Assembly: GCA_037447605.1 (NCBI GenBank)
Contig: CM074809.1
Coordinates: 3,648,689 to 3,712,688, forward strand
Direction: 5' to 3'
From: Zygnema circumcarinatum SAG 698-1b
Lineage: Eukaryota; Plantae; Zygnematophyceae
DNA length: 64,000 nt
In this document: positions 13,225-27,162 of the stretch, piece by piece
Position numbering within the stretch: the first letter of the stretch is position 1
How the letters are laid out: each line of letters begins with the position of its first letter
Notes under the pieces: generated by a model
Database searches by the model: none
Told to the model about the DNA's origin: nothing
Seen by the model: the letters and a program-made list of their open reading frames with translations, nothing else
Made by a program: the position numbers and the translations under genes

Positions 13225-16200
13225 TCAGTTAAGAAGGCTAGCAAGAATGGAGCTTCCGTGTACACCGCCTCTGTTCCGAAGATAGAGTCTCAGCGCGAGG
13301 ACTGTCAACACAAGGGGGCAGGTGGTAGTGAGCGACACATAGACCATCAGCCACATACTCCTCCGGTTCTGCACCTCCAGATGACTCAGTCCCTTAGCCA
13401 GAATGTCTGTCAATGTGGCACCTTTGTCTCCCCCACTCTCCCTGTGCCTTCCACTCCCCCCATCTCGCACATTACGGCTGCCTTCCTGTACTTCGACAGG
13501 CCCTCCAGAAAGTTCCGCGCTGTAGCCATGGGGATGCCAAGCTACTTCCTCCCTCAGCGTTTCCGGCTTAATTGCCGCCGATTGCATCATTGACATTACA
13601 AGAGAGGCGCTTTCTACAACGGAGGCGGCGGCTGCCGCTATGGCTGAAGCAGAAGCAGCAATGGAGGATGCGGACATGGCTGCAGTGTCTGCTCCTCCTC
13701 CGAGCTCCGAAGAGGGAAGAGGGAATGCAGGACCTTGAGACTTCATTCGCACCTACAGAACGCGCATTGCATAAAGTCATCATCTCGCTCTGAGTGTTAG
13801 AAAAGGTTTGCTATTTCGAAAGGTAGAGGTGGGCAGCTGCGAGTCCACTAGATACACCGAAAACAACCGTCAAAAGATGTGAAGATTGGATCTCACCACT
13901 TTGAGCAGGTTCATGAGAACAGACTCGAGGAGCTCCAACTCCTCCCTTCCCCGCACGCGGAGCACAAGTTCGTGCTCCTCCTCACCTCCTCCTTCACCAC
14001 TCGAACCCTCACCGACTGGTCTCACCACAGAGCGTAAAGATGTCGCTCCCTCCTCCTTCACATCACTTGAAGGTCTTACTTCCTCCTTCAGAACCTGCTT
14101 CTCTCCAACTTCCTGTTTTTCACCTTCTTGACAAAGCGGGAATGGTTTCACTACCACCGTCTTTTCTACTGCACTTGCTTCTGCAGACCCTCCTTTCTGT
14201 TCTAGAAGAGTACCATCACCTCTCCCATCTTCATCAGAGCGGACGGCCCCTTCTTCTATTGGTTCGAAGACTGCCCTAAGTGAAGGTTTAAAAGGTAATT
14301 CTGTTTCTGGGCCGGGCAGAGCAGCGTCAGCCTCTGAACTTGAAAGAATAAGGAGAGGGCTCGTGCCGGCTGATGGGTTCACTGCACCTAGACGGCCCTG
14401 AGAAAGTGCAACAAGCCAAAATGCTAATGCTTTATGTCAAATAAACGTTGTTAAACGACAACTAGGAGCTTGATTAGCTGCTTCCAAGACAAGTTTGGAT
14501 TCCTCGAGGGTATACTCCACCCAGTCACTTATTACATGCTATGAGTTTCTCCATAGTTACATTCCAAAATTGAAAGCCATGCATAGTAGGTGATTACCTG
14601 TTTGCCCTGCAGTGAAGGAGAGTTCAAAACAACGTCGAAAAACTTTACAACATGTCGAGCCCACCTGCACGCATCCAAGAGTAGACATGTTCAGAACAAT
14701 CTCACTGACACGAACATGCGATCGAATGCAGAACTACTATGCAAACAACGGCAAAGTTAACAGTCAGTCAGTTTTTACAAGTCAATAACACAATTCCAGA
14801 TTAAAAGAAGGGCATATACACTGCAAAGGAGGTTCAGATGCTTGCCAGATCCGGTTTGCAGTGAAGCCTTCCAAGTATGCCAAGTGGCCCCCATGTGCCG
14901 TTATTCCAAGTATGACGTTGGAATTTGCCCTGAAAAAGTAACCCCTCCCCCCCTTTTTAGAACACCTCCCAAAGCCACCCACTGGAAAATGGCTTCGGTT
15001 CGAATTCTACCGTTGCTTGTGTTACTGAAAAAAAATCTGCTAGTGAGAGAAACATCAGTATCATGTGACATCTGCTTGCAAACCTGCATTCATCCGTCGG
15101 AATGGCTTCTCGCGTGCAAATCGGATCATCGAGAGCGGAAATCCCAAGCAGGGGAACTGCAACTCCGGGCAGAAATTGCGCACTGCTACAGTGACGATAA
15201 TAAGTATCCACCGTCTGCAAAATAGGAAAATGGACACGAGGAATGGAAGTGAAAGCGAGAGGCAAGTTAATAAAATTAATTAACTAGTAAGTTACATGGT
15301 TGGTTCAGACTCTCATGAGAAATCACCACTGCAATCTGACCTTGTGAGGATTTCCATTTTTTCATCAACTTGATCCTTTCATGAGGTGAAGGCATATAGG
15401 CAAAGCTTGCCTCAAATTTCCCCAATATGCGAGTTGCGTAATCGTCAAACTCCCTCACGGACTTGGCCTGCCTCATAGAAGCATTCAAAGTAAACAAAAC
15501 AAAATGAGCCAACCTCTCTACTAACAAGAATTAAGCAGATTACTAAGGAGATTCGTCAATGGAATGCACATCAGTTACACGAAACAGCATGGGCTTGCAG
15601 ATAACCGTCTTGACGTGAAAATTCTTCAAAGACTTTGAAATACAATTTGCATAGGCTGACCTTGCTCAAACGGTCCCAGTCGAACATCTTAGCAAAGGAA
15701 TCTTTATGCCTGCAGAACCCCATGAAACCATGAGATGTCACTTTCATGAAACAGCAAACCCATGACCCTTCTTAGCGAAACATGCTCCATACGCTGCATG
15801 TTCCCAACTTCAGTTCCGTTGACAGGTCAGTTGAAGTTTCATAACAGCATGAGGGTATTGAGAGAGACTAAAATCAGGGCTATTGTTCTTACATCAACGC
15901 AAGCCTCTTCAAGCTGGAGGCCATGGCTAGCCCATACACTCGTTGCTTGCCCTCTCTGCGAATCCATCTGTCACACATCTGGCAGGAATGGAAGGAGAGG
16001 GAGTGAAGAGGAACTTATATATGAGACTCACATGTGCGCGAGCTCCTTGAGACCATAAATTAGCCCAATTCCATAAAGCCTCTGCTTACTGGAACGCTGC
16101 ATCCATCTGTCGACCACCTAGAAGGAATAGGCAGCGCCTCAAGAGGAAGATAATCAAAGTTTAGAAAGAGTGTTTGGTCTTGAGAATTGCAAAGTTAGAA

Positions 16201-18608
16201 AAGATCTGAAACCAAACTGATCCTTATCTTGCTCACAAAAGGACTTTTTGCAATCCTTTACCCAAAGGAGGAGCGGAAGAACGCTTCATACCATTAAGTC
16301 CCAAGGGCAGCCTATCGCTGCTGCAGCAAAAACGGGTGCGTTTTTGCCCTCCTCGCCAAGATATTTGACCTGCAGCAGCATGTAAGACAAAGGTACACTA
16401 AGGTACTGCAAATTTCTTGCACAATCCCCAATACAGGAAGAGTGATATGGATATCAAAAACATTCCCTCGAAGAAACCATGAAATTTATGCAGTTATTCC
16501 TGAACTCAATTAGCTAGTTAACTTTTAGTTAGTTAGGACGTTTTTCTATGCGCATTCTCACCAATATGTTTGCCCCGAGGCTGGTGCCAAGTGCAGCCAC
16601 AGGAGCAGCTGGAAAGGTGTTTCCAATGTGGCGAAGCACATGCTGCAGATCTTGAGTCCAACCGGCGGTATAAAACTTTTGGGACTGTGGAGGAAAACAA
16701 TAGAAAGAATACAATGCAATCAAGCATCAATCAAAGTACTAGACACTGCCTCCTTAATTTGAGCGAGAGCTGAATTCTAAGTTCAACACAATGTAGAGCA
16801 ACACCTCTGTAAGTTAATGCATAAATCACACAAAGTGGTATTCAAAGAATGCTTCATGCTCCTCGTTGGGGGGGTCCTACCGTCAAAGGCACGCCTCCCA
16901 GTCCCCTGTGATTGGCAACAACGCCTCGCCATCCTTTCTTCAAGATGGCTGCTACAGCATGCATGACATACTGAGAATATTTTACAATATACACAGGACA
17001 ACCAATAGAAAAATCAGAATCGATTGGAAAACAGGTGGTTCCCGTTGCACTACACAACCACATGTAAAATGTTAATCGCGGACTGCATGCGGTATATTGG
17101 ACGGTATCACATTCTTAGTCATTTTCTCTTAGAAATACATTCGACTTTATCGAACGAAGCTTCAGGCTCCAGATAATGTATATTCTATCGCTTCATAACT
17201 CATGCACAGTAAAACGTGAACTTACAACGGCTACTTATTCGTAAACCTCAAATCCCAGCCGTAATTATTAATTGGCTATAATTCCCACAAAGGTTCAATT
17301 GCAGCTATAAATGTAGACCTGCAATTTTTTCTCAGAACAGTGCTCGACCTTCTGTCATCGACATCCCATCAAAGGACGTCCGGAGTATCCAAGAAATCAG
17401 GAGGCCTCACCTGGCTTCTTGAATCACTGGTAAGCCCCGGGACAATAAGTACAATGGGCGTGTTATCTGTCTCAGGCGCAATGTGGCTGGAACCATCTGC
17501 AAAGGTTAAGATGCAGTTACGAAGCCGGATCACATAGTTCAACATGGGTTCTGATCAGCATTGTAAACAGCAGCACTCCTGAAGTGATCGAATTGAAAGG
17601 TTCCACAATGCGCTTATTCAACCACCACGATGAACTATCACGTGTTAACGTGCATTACTCTAAATACGGACATTCGTTCTATACCTATTGCGGTACAAAA
17701 TCAAGGGTATTCGGAGCCCTGTTGCGGTCCTCAAGAGAATCAAAAGAACCTAAATTTGAAACGTTAAACAGGAAATGCAGAACAATGAACTCAGTTCAAA
17801 CGGTGGGAATTGAGGAAACTGACCAGGTAATGGGTCCGCCCAGTCAATTCCAACCGTGCCACCATCTGATACTTTCAAAAGCTCTCTGAAATTTTTTCCA
17901 AGCTGTGAACGTCAGCTTTCATGCCAAGACCATCAATAAGAAAACTGAGAATGACGGAACCGTCAAAGATCGAATGAAGGTAAGCAAAAACAGAAATCTG
18001 CATTATATCTACAAAGAAGTAGCTAGCTTCTTTGTTCGGCTGCTACAAGCATTGCTTGCAATCTTTGGTATTCAAAAACAAAGGGAAGCATGTTGTTACC
18101 TTCGGTACTCTACTCGCGGACGTATCGAACAGAAGTGAAGAAAAAGAGTCTGCAAGTGTGCGCTACACAGCCATGGAGTGGGCCAGAACCTGCCATAACA
18201 AAGGAAACCATTCAAAATCTACACATCAATACTACGCAGGCTGAATGACGATCCTTAAAAGCACTCCAATTACCACCTTCATCGTTTCCTGACAACTCAA
18301 GTATTGCATTCGTCAAGTTTTCCTCAAACTTCCTTCGATAACAAAGTGCATGTGACAAACCTGTCAAACGTCATCTTTTGAAGCACTTCCTTGGCCAGGT
18401 TTGACTCAGAACTGTAAACCAATTTTGCGGCATCCCCTGTAAGCAAGTGGCTGACCAGATGAAGGTCCACATAGTTATATACAGCAATCACCAGCAGCAC
18501 GGCTCCGAGCACCGCATACTCCCACAATGGCACTGATCCAAAAGCCAGAATGAGCTTCGCCATTCCAAGCTCCATCATCCCCTCAAAGCTCATTCCCGCC
18601 ATGTCCAT
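13225..18608 (-). CDS. Alpha/beta-hydrolase, ABHD1/3 / EMB8-like, 15 exons
   Basis: Spliced motifs: PTPWLCSAHLQT, SDGGTVGIDW, IVPGLTSDS, ANHRGLGG, GTSLG nucleophile, SVREFDD, SALDDP, HGGHLAY. N-terminal and C-terminal hydrophobic helices. Two introns need GC donors. Confidence 0.9.
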
Positions 18609-19640
18609 CACCCCCCCTCCTACACTCACGCTCCGCCAAAAGTAGAGCTCAGCCAGCTAGCGCCTGGTGCTGCTCTTCTCTCGCCCTACGGACTTCCAAT
18701 CATCTCCATCCAGCTAACAACAGATTGTCCAGCCCTCTCCCTCCCCCTCGCTCTCACTCTCTCTCTTTGTGCATTCTCCTGAGAGTAGCAGAACACCTCT
18801 GTGCATTTTCAGTCGCTTTCTAAATTCCTTCGCCGTCATGGCTCGTCACGAGCGGAGCGCGCCAGCTTCTACCGTACGATATTCGAGATACATATCGTAT
18901 ATCGATTATCGAATAACGATATTTCATTTTGGATATCGTCTGAGAGATCGAGCTCGCACAAATGCAAACACTACGGTAAAACATATTTATCTGTAATATG
19001 ATTTTGAAAAAAAAAAAAAAAGAGTCCAATTCACTGGATCAATGTCAATTCTCATATTCATTTGAAGATCATCGAAAGCATGTACTTTATTTTACGCCCA
19101 CGAGGTGTTGGACGTCCAAATTGAAGTCTTTAGAGTACTATGATTCTATGAGCAGTCACAAGACTGTACTGTACTTGCACACAGCGGAATATTGACTGCA
19201 TGTTATGCGGTTGTAGACGATGAAGAACTGATGTTGGCTGACCGCCACCTTCAGATCATGATAAAGTAAAGTTCTCATTAACCTGGCTGACTTTGTTAAC
19301 AGTCTCCAGTTGTCATGCAAAACCCAGAGCCGTTAACGATTAGCGAAGTTTCCAGAAATCCGCAAACGTTCGGACGCGCTATTGTTCCAGCCTCCAGGCC
19401 CTCTCTCTAAATGACTACACCTTCTTCCTTGTACTTAGCCATACCATACAGTTTCCACCCTCCAAAACATCATAAAAAAATCACCATACTTCCTCGCATG
19501 GAAAATTGCACCATTGAGCACGAACCCAAGTCCCACAACCCCAACATTGGCCCTTCCTTCCCCATTCCCCATTCCCCATTCCCCATCTGCCTTGGTCCTC
19601 CCCAGCCCCACTTCCAGTTCCCATCCCCCCGGTGCCCCCT

Positions 19641-22600
19641 TCACTCCCAGCTGCTTTTCCCCGCTCCGAGGCGGAGGCTTGAGCGGCCCGACCTGCGGCG
19701 GCGGGCGGAGAGCGCGGCGAGCAGCGCCGCCACCGCGCGGTCGACCCCCTCCGCCCCCTCCTGCAGGCCCCTCCCCGCCACCTCCGGCCGCTTCTCCAGC
19801 TCGCGGAGGAGGTTGGCAGCGGCGGCAGCCGTGCATGTCCTTTCCTTGGAAGGCTGCGGTCTGCACATGTGATAGTATAGTGATTATGAAGGAGAATTAG
19901 GTCTTCTTCGCTCTCTAGTTTCCTTGCAGCAGCATGGGGTTTGGGGTCGTTTAATGGGGGGGGGGGGGGGNNNNNNNNNNGGGGGGGGGGGGGGGTAGGT
20001 TTGGAGATAAAAGACAGAGGTTGTAGTTTGGGTTTTGGGTGTTGTACCTGAGGCCATGCATGATTGATGGCTTGCTCGGAGACAGGGAGACACATGTCAT
20101 CTCCTCCCCATCCCATGCCTTTCGAGAATGCTCCTGGCGTGACAGAAGTAAGAACTTTGTGAGCCCAACTGTTCCTTTCTAAAGCTTATTTCCAAAGCAT
20201 CAAGATTCGTTCATGATTTCCTCATGTCGACTACAGCCATCAAGTCAAGAATGGATGTCCATTTTTCTCACCATAAGACGGTTCAACATAGCCCGAGAAT
20301 TGCTCCATGTCCCATCAATTAGCACAAAGTGAAGGACGCCCGTTTGCCTGCTACTGTCTCCCACCTGAATCATCAACGTGTACACATAAACACGTCCTCT
20401 TTTAATCAAGCTTCCAGGCTTCATCAACCCTAATGCTGCCCAATTTGCACTACTCCAATATAGTTCCACTGGTTAATGTAAGGCAGAAATGAATCGAAAT
20501 TCAAGAATAAGATCGAGCCATTCTCACCGAGTGGCGTCCTTCATCCACCAAACTTTGGTTGAAGGAATGCACTTCAGGCGGAATCACCATTTTTTCCACA
20601 CACGTGTCGTTAAGTTTTCTGGCGGGATAGACGCACCATACCGACTCACGGCCTACATAAGAAAAAAGCATAAAAAAAAGTCACATTCACACCATTACAC
20701 CGAGTACAGGATATCAACCCTCCTAGCGGAAATATCTCACTCTGCAAATTAATAATCAGCTGAAAGATGGAATTGAAGAAGAAGATGCATAGAAATCCAA
20801 TTGCCTAACCCACTCTCCGAGCAGCGTGTTTTTTGGAGTGGATGTCAAGGAGTAAACTGAATTGTCCCTTAGTTGAGTTTCTACATTCAGACCTCATACA
20901 GATACATCCCAAGCTTTTCCCCTCCAATACTCTCCTCTACATAATGCAGTCGGGAGAGGGCAATAGTGTCTGCCTAAAGAGCTGTGAGGTCATGCTTACC
21001 TGCATTTCTCAGGACCTGCCACATTGCAGCTTCATGCCCGCCAACGCCGCAGATAGAAATTCTTGCATTTGCCTCCCCCAAGACTTGCCAGAGCAATTTG
21101 CCCGTGTTGTTTTTCCTTAGATACTCCTGCTCATCGCCAGCTCTGCAAGGAATCAGGGGACTCATCAAGCCCTTACTGTCAACCGAACCAACTTGCGACT
21201 TTCAACAAAAAAACAAAACGAGCACATTGCAAACAATGACACCAATCAAGAGTTCACACTCCAGTAGATTTTCACAGTTTCAAGCAGATTCATACATCTG
21301 ATGTTATCAGCACTTTAGGTGTAGGCAGACACATGTCTGTAACTACATTTGATGTGATGCGCGTATTCAGTCATTATGGTTATAAAATTAGATTTTTCGC
21401 CCAAACAGACCCTCACAAGATGGAAGCGTCAGAAGATGCTCGCAGGCATTTTCTCCTCTAACAACTTAAATTCGAAAGCATGGAATTTGAGCAGACGCAT
21501 CTGTGTACCCACCTTGGGATGCATGTACAGCCAGAAGCACACTCCTGTGTTAAAATTAACGCGAGGTACATCACCACACATGCAGTCTTCCTGCGGAAGC
21601 CAACACTGCAACCCAAATAGACAATACGCGAGGTAAGCAACTCCCAGAGCATAGTTAACTGTCGAATAGTATGTACTCTACGTTCAAGAAAGCCAATGAG
21701 TTGCTCGAGTGAGACTCTACCGTGGAGCATAAGTAACCCAAGCAGCCAAGCATCCGGTTTGCCATCTGGCGAGCTGCGAAGGCCTGAAGCCGCTTCTCCT
21801 TGTCTGTGACAGTTGCATATCTTATTCTAAATCTTCTTTCCTCCTCCTCGGCCACAACACTCTGCCAGTTACCCACAACAGTAATCAACAGTACGTTTCA
21901 TGTCAGTTCAGACAATGTCAACAAACTTGTAGCCCAACTGCCAAATGCCTTCCCAACTATTCATGTTGCATGCAGGGTTGCAGTAATGCGTGCCTTTCTT
22001 TTGTCTTGAAATGCCCTGTCATTTCCAGATTTCGACACTGCTTCAGCTTCGTCTTCCTCTTCCGTATCACTGAACGCATGCTGCTCGCCAAGCTCCTCCT
22101 CCAAAGCTATCGCTTCTAATGCCAACTCTCGGACCAGTGGAGGAGTTTCTCCCAACCAGGGAGTAGAGCCCATTACATATTCCAACTTAGAGCGCCTACT
22201 GCTCGAATACTCATAGCCGCCGTCTGAGGATGCTTCGCTATTAGAACGGAGTTCAAGCCGCTCATCGCTGCAATCACCTGCTGCTGATTGAGCATCCACT
22301 CCAAATTCAGCAGCAGAATTTACAGCTGGCGGTATTCCTTTGTCCAAGGAAACAGCTTTAGCCTCTTCAACAGAACTGATAAATAGGTGGCTTGAAATTT
22401 GATCTCCTCTGAGAGCGATCGGCGTCTCCCTCTTGCCCTCTCCGTCTCCAACTTTAACACCTGCACTCGAAACTGAAGGTTCTAGCGCCATAACTTCCAA
22501 TGAATCATTATGCGTTTCCGCGTCTTGGCAGAAAGAGGAACTGGGAAAAGAGCCTTTTCCGGAGCCTGCGCTAACAGACCCCATGGAGACACCGTGCTTT

Positions 22601-22923
22601 CCAGAAATTCTCAACGGAGGTGGTACTCTTTCAAGGAACGAGCATCCTGGCGCCATGGCTCTCCCTGTCAGCACAGGCCGCAACGATCGGAGAGCAGCTA
22701 TAGCTTCTTTCTCTGTCGGCTGAATCTTAACGGGATAAAACCTGCCATGCAGTAGGGTGCAGGCCAAACGAGCATATTTCTTTGCCACTTTCAAACGATT
22801 TCGGGCGAGATCACCAGACGAGGTTTTACACTTTGCACTGGTCGAGAAGGAAAAGGCAGGCGACGAGCTTGTTTCTGACGCTGTGCAGGGGGGACAGCAG
22901 CGGCCGTGTGGGAGAGCAGCCAT
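19641..22923 (-). CDS. DTW-domain protein (tRNA-uridine aminocarboxypropyltransferase-like), 8 exons, probable organellar transit peptide
   Basis: YLCSTCWLPQEDCMC, LYMHPKEYLRKNNTGKLLWQ, FVLIDGTWSNS (DxTW motif) and LRPQPSKERTCTAAA assemble in frame. Confidence 0.88.
19955..19995. other. Poly-G tract with a 10-N assembly gap (19971-19980) in the last DTW intron
   Basis: Seen directly. Confidence 0.95.
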
Positions 22924-23694
22924 GATTGCAGCGCTGCCGGAGCCACAGCTACCCTCAGAGGCGGGGTTCTATGTCGCTCATTCCGTTACTTACAAACTGA
23001 ATGTCAAACAGCTGCCAATCAACGTGCATGTTTCGACCAAGAGAATTTTATTTATTTTCTCATGTGAATTGAAGGAATATATTTAGAGCATAAGTCTCAT
23101 GGTCGAGAGGTTCATGGCAGTGACATGGTCGAAATTTTGGTGAGATAGCAGTACATTAGAATGTAGCAGAGGCTTCCAAGGTACAATGCTTTTAGAAGTA
23201 TCTCGCCCCTTTGAACATCGTATGCAACCACAAGGGAAAAGAGACATGCATGCACAAACAATCATTCAGAAGCTTAAAACGAGCCGTGTCAAGCGTAGCG
23301 CATCTCACAGAACACAGACCATATTCTCAATTCTGCACATATCACTCAGTCGCAGCACACAAACTTAGCCCAAGTGTAACCCTTGAATATAGTAGAGAGT
23401 CGGCAAAAAAGTAGTAAATAAATGGTGCCCTTGTGAAAGGCACAGTGCTAGCGAGCAGCTTTCTATGTACATATGCCCGATTGGGAAACAGAGTAGGCAT
23501 AACATGTCCAGCACAATTGGCTACAGCGGCAGAAAGCAGAATCTAAGCCTTAGACAATGCTCGAGCCCACAGTATACACAAACCCTAACGCCACCAGGGA
23601 GTGCACGCCACGCCTAAATGGGACTGAGACCTAATGTGGAACTGCCTCAATTCATTCCACCAGAAATGGCTCCTCCCCCTTCTGAAGAGTGCAA

Positions 23695-26600
23695 CTACGA
23701 CCCGAAAAACCATATCAAGTCTTCATCCATGAAGCTTTCCAAGCCATCGGCTCCAAGGGGAATGGTTGGGCGCATCCCCGGCCCCATACTTAGAGGGTCG
23801 CCATAGTTAGGATACTCAGTTCCGGGAGGGTGAAAACCACCCCAACTAACTCCTCCAATGACGCCGGGATTCCCGAGAGGGGGAAACTCAGAAAGAGGAT
23901 TCCTCCCTGCACTGGAAAATTCCATTCCTCCGGGGTAACCATGGGGGAGGGGATACTTCATTCCCTGTCCATCTGCTCCCCCTTGGTTGGCTTCATGGCT
24001 CCCGTCCGACCGTATCCGGGGCTTGTGGTCCACATTATGCAAATGATTTAAGTCATCGCCGCTCTCTGAATGAGGCCCACTGAGGTCGACGTCGGGAAGC
24101 TGCTCCAAGTGTGCTTGCTCAGCTGACTGTTGTGATCCATCCGATGCACGTGTGAGTTGATTGGCAATGGGAGAGTAAAGACCTGAGAACAAGTCGTGAG
24201 TGTGAGGGTTTCCAGGAACTACTTCACGGGAAGCCTCGCCTGAAACAGCATTAGTACCCCCAAATGGCTGTGCTTCACCTGCAACTACCCCACTGCTTCC
24301 ACTCGCCCCTCCCTCTGGAGAGCCTGCTTGTCGAGTCAACACACCACTTGCAGAACGAGAGGAGGGCACTCCTGATCTCCCTCCTTCAGGTTCATGGCCG
24401 GCAACTGGAAGCCCATTCATTCCACTCATAGAATGGTGCATTCCTCCCGGTGGCAGTCCCCCTGGCAAGCAAGGACGCATCCCAGGAGAGAGGGGCCCTC
24501 CCGGCAGTCCGGGAGGGTACAAGGAGGCTCCATGCAAAGCGTGTGCTATGGGTCCTAACCCATACATGGCAACAGCTGAAGCAGCAGCTGCTGCAGAAAC
24601 TAAGCTTCCCGGCATCATTCCATTGTGATCCGTTGGCCTGTATGGGCATGTCGCCTGATGCATGTTCCGTAAGCTTCGTTCAGAGAAGGCATTCTGCCAT
24701 TGGTGACGGGGGCAGCGCTCGTACATACACATGAAGATGCGATGTTCAGGGACAAGGTCGCCGTTCGCCGGTCTTGCAGCTGCTGGAAGAGCACTCATAG
24801 CATTGCCGCTGACTGATCGAATGGGGGCAGGAGTGGGCCTCAAAATGAGACTGCCTTTCTGCTCCTCTTCTGCATCCTCACCAGCGGTCGCATCTTCAGC
24901 ATTCGTGACTGTAGACCTCCTACTCTCTGTACTGTTGGCTGACGGCTTTCCTGAAGCCGACGAACCCGAGCGAGGGCCATCGGTATAGTGATCAAAATTC
25001 TCTGCTTCAGGATCACCACCTTCTTCGTTGTTCGCCGGTCCTAAGCCTAGACCAAGTTCAACAGGCTCAACATCATACTCGCTCGGGCTACTCACATCCT
25101 TGATGCCCTGCACGCTACTTGGACCTGCCTCATCAGTTCCCATTAAAGCAACCACGTCATTTCCGGATATTCCTTCCTCACGATTGAGAACAGAGAGCCA
25201 GGTTGCACTTTCTCGTGCAGTCATCTTATCCTGCAGGCAAAACCCAAAGGGGTCAGTAAATAGAGGTTCAACATATCGACAACATGAGGCAGAATGAAGT
25301 TTATTTTTGTGAAAGGACGACAGTCTCTGTGTTTCTCAGTGGCCAGCAGCCTTTACTTGAAGGTCAAGAGCCTGACTTACAGCTGACTAAAGCAAAAGCT
25401 GGACCTCGTTCTAGCAAACTAGTATTCAAGCAGCAATATAATTGTGCTTGTTCCACATTCAGAATTTGCTTTCCATATCTCTGGAAAGGAACGAATACAG
25501 TATCAACATGGCAGTATACACAAACACACATTCTCTGTCGTCTACAATGAAGCACTCTAGAGCACTCAACACTCAAAAACATGTTGCATCCGCGACCTGA
25601 CGCCAAAATGTGCTCCATATGGCCATTTCCTCCAAAACAAAGAGAAATTACCTGCAAGCACTTGCTTTGTCGGACAAGTTTCCGAATCTTGCCGATGTCA
25701 GGCGACATGTGCTTTATGACAGACGTCAATACCCCAACTTTCCACGCTTTTTTCAAATCGTGCGGTTTCTTGTATGGGGGAGGCCCTTGACCTCGCTGTA
25801 GCCCAAGTGCAGGCCACCATTCCTCATCTCCAGTGGGCCACCAAGGAGGTGGAGTTCCCTTCTCGAGGGGAAATCTTCGCTGCGGGGGATCACAGTGCTG
25901 GCAGAAAGAAAAAAGACACAAGCGTCTGGTTAAGTAAATTCCTCCGACTAAATATCCCGGCCAAAAATCCACCTTCGTAGTTAAAATCGAATTTAGCAGA
26001 ACAGAACCTGGGCTCAGAAGGAGCACTCCTCAAGGTTGCAGAAAAAACTTCAGTTCTGCATCGGTGAAAAGATGGAGGAGATACTTTAAAGCACAGAGAC
26101 TTGATATACTCTGCTACCAACTCCCTCCCTCCCTCCCTCCCTCCTCCCTAAGAGAATGAGCATCTCGTGCAAAACTCGATTAACGCCAAACATGGATAAT
26201 CACACACCTGCATGAGCGCTGACAATAAGGATCCCAGGGTTGTGTCTTGCAGCTCTTGCAAAGTGTGGGGCGTTGGCCCTTGAGTAGCGCTATTCTCCGG
26301 TTTCCTCATTTGCATGTGCTCTGCTTGGTACTTCGCGATAGCAGCCGGACCATTTCGATCAAACCGAACCTTATCTTTCCACCAAGCACGCAGATTATCT
26401 GAGCTACCACCCACAGGTTTGCCCCTCTCCGGTATTATTCCATACACAAACCCTTGCGCCTTGCAAACTTCCATCATCTTGAGCATATACTTCAGAATTC
26501 CGTCGTGTGCCCGGGACATCTTCTTTCGCCGAGCTTGGTCCTGGCTCCATTGACACATTACGCAATGGTCAGCAAGTTCCAGCTTCGGATATCAAACAAG

Positions 26601-27162
26601 CGACTCGCAAGGTATGTTTAGCTGCAATGCGTCAAAGTTTGACAGAAGAAGTCGAGACTTAACTGTTGACTCCCAATTTGACCAACGAGCATTTTGTAAC
26701 AAGAACAAGAATAATCATGTTTGCCGTATGTCTCAGTCTTCGACACGAACGCATGAGAGTATCGCGGGTTTAAAAATTCCAAAAAAAAATGAATGAAAAA
26801 GGACAGACTACAGACATCTGCAGAGAAGTCTGGCAATGTCTGGATTGCATATGTTACCAGAGCCATTCAGGTTTATAATTACCTTGAACTTTACATGGGG
26901 AAGATAAGTCTATCGACACCCCTCCTAATTATCTTACCTGAGACTGCTTCTGCTTCGGTTTCTCGTTTGGATCTTTACACTTCTGATGTTCCTTGATTCG
27001 CCTTAACTTCATTCGATCCCGCCACATTCTTCTTTCAAGTTCGTCCACATCAATGTCATCATCACTCAAATCATCGTCCTGAATTTCCCCCTCCCCCATG
27101 AACTCTCCCATGTCTCCCATTTCCATCTGCTGAAGCTCCTCTTTCGGCACGTAATGCTCCAT
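23695..27162 (-). CDS. EIN3: ETHYLENE INSENSITIVE3/EIL transcription factor, 4 exons (27162-26938, 26540-26208, 25897-25652, 25230-23695)
   Basis: [117 protein letters not shown], Cys/His motif (CMYERC...HQATCPY) and terminal DLIWFF. Confidence 0.97.

Noticed and set aside
19215-19292. ATGAAGA...CTGA segment resembling a C/D-box snoRNA
   Set aside because: Imperfect C box, no clear terminal stem, and I could not assign an rRNA guide.
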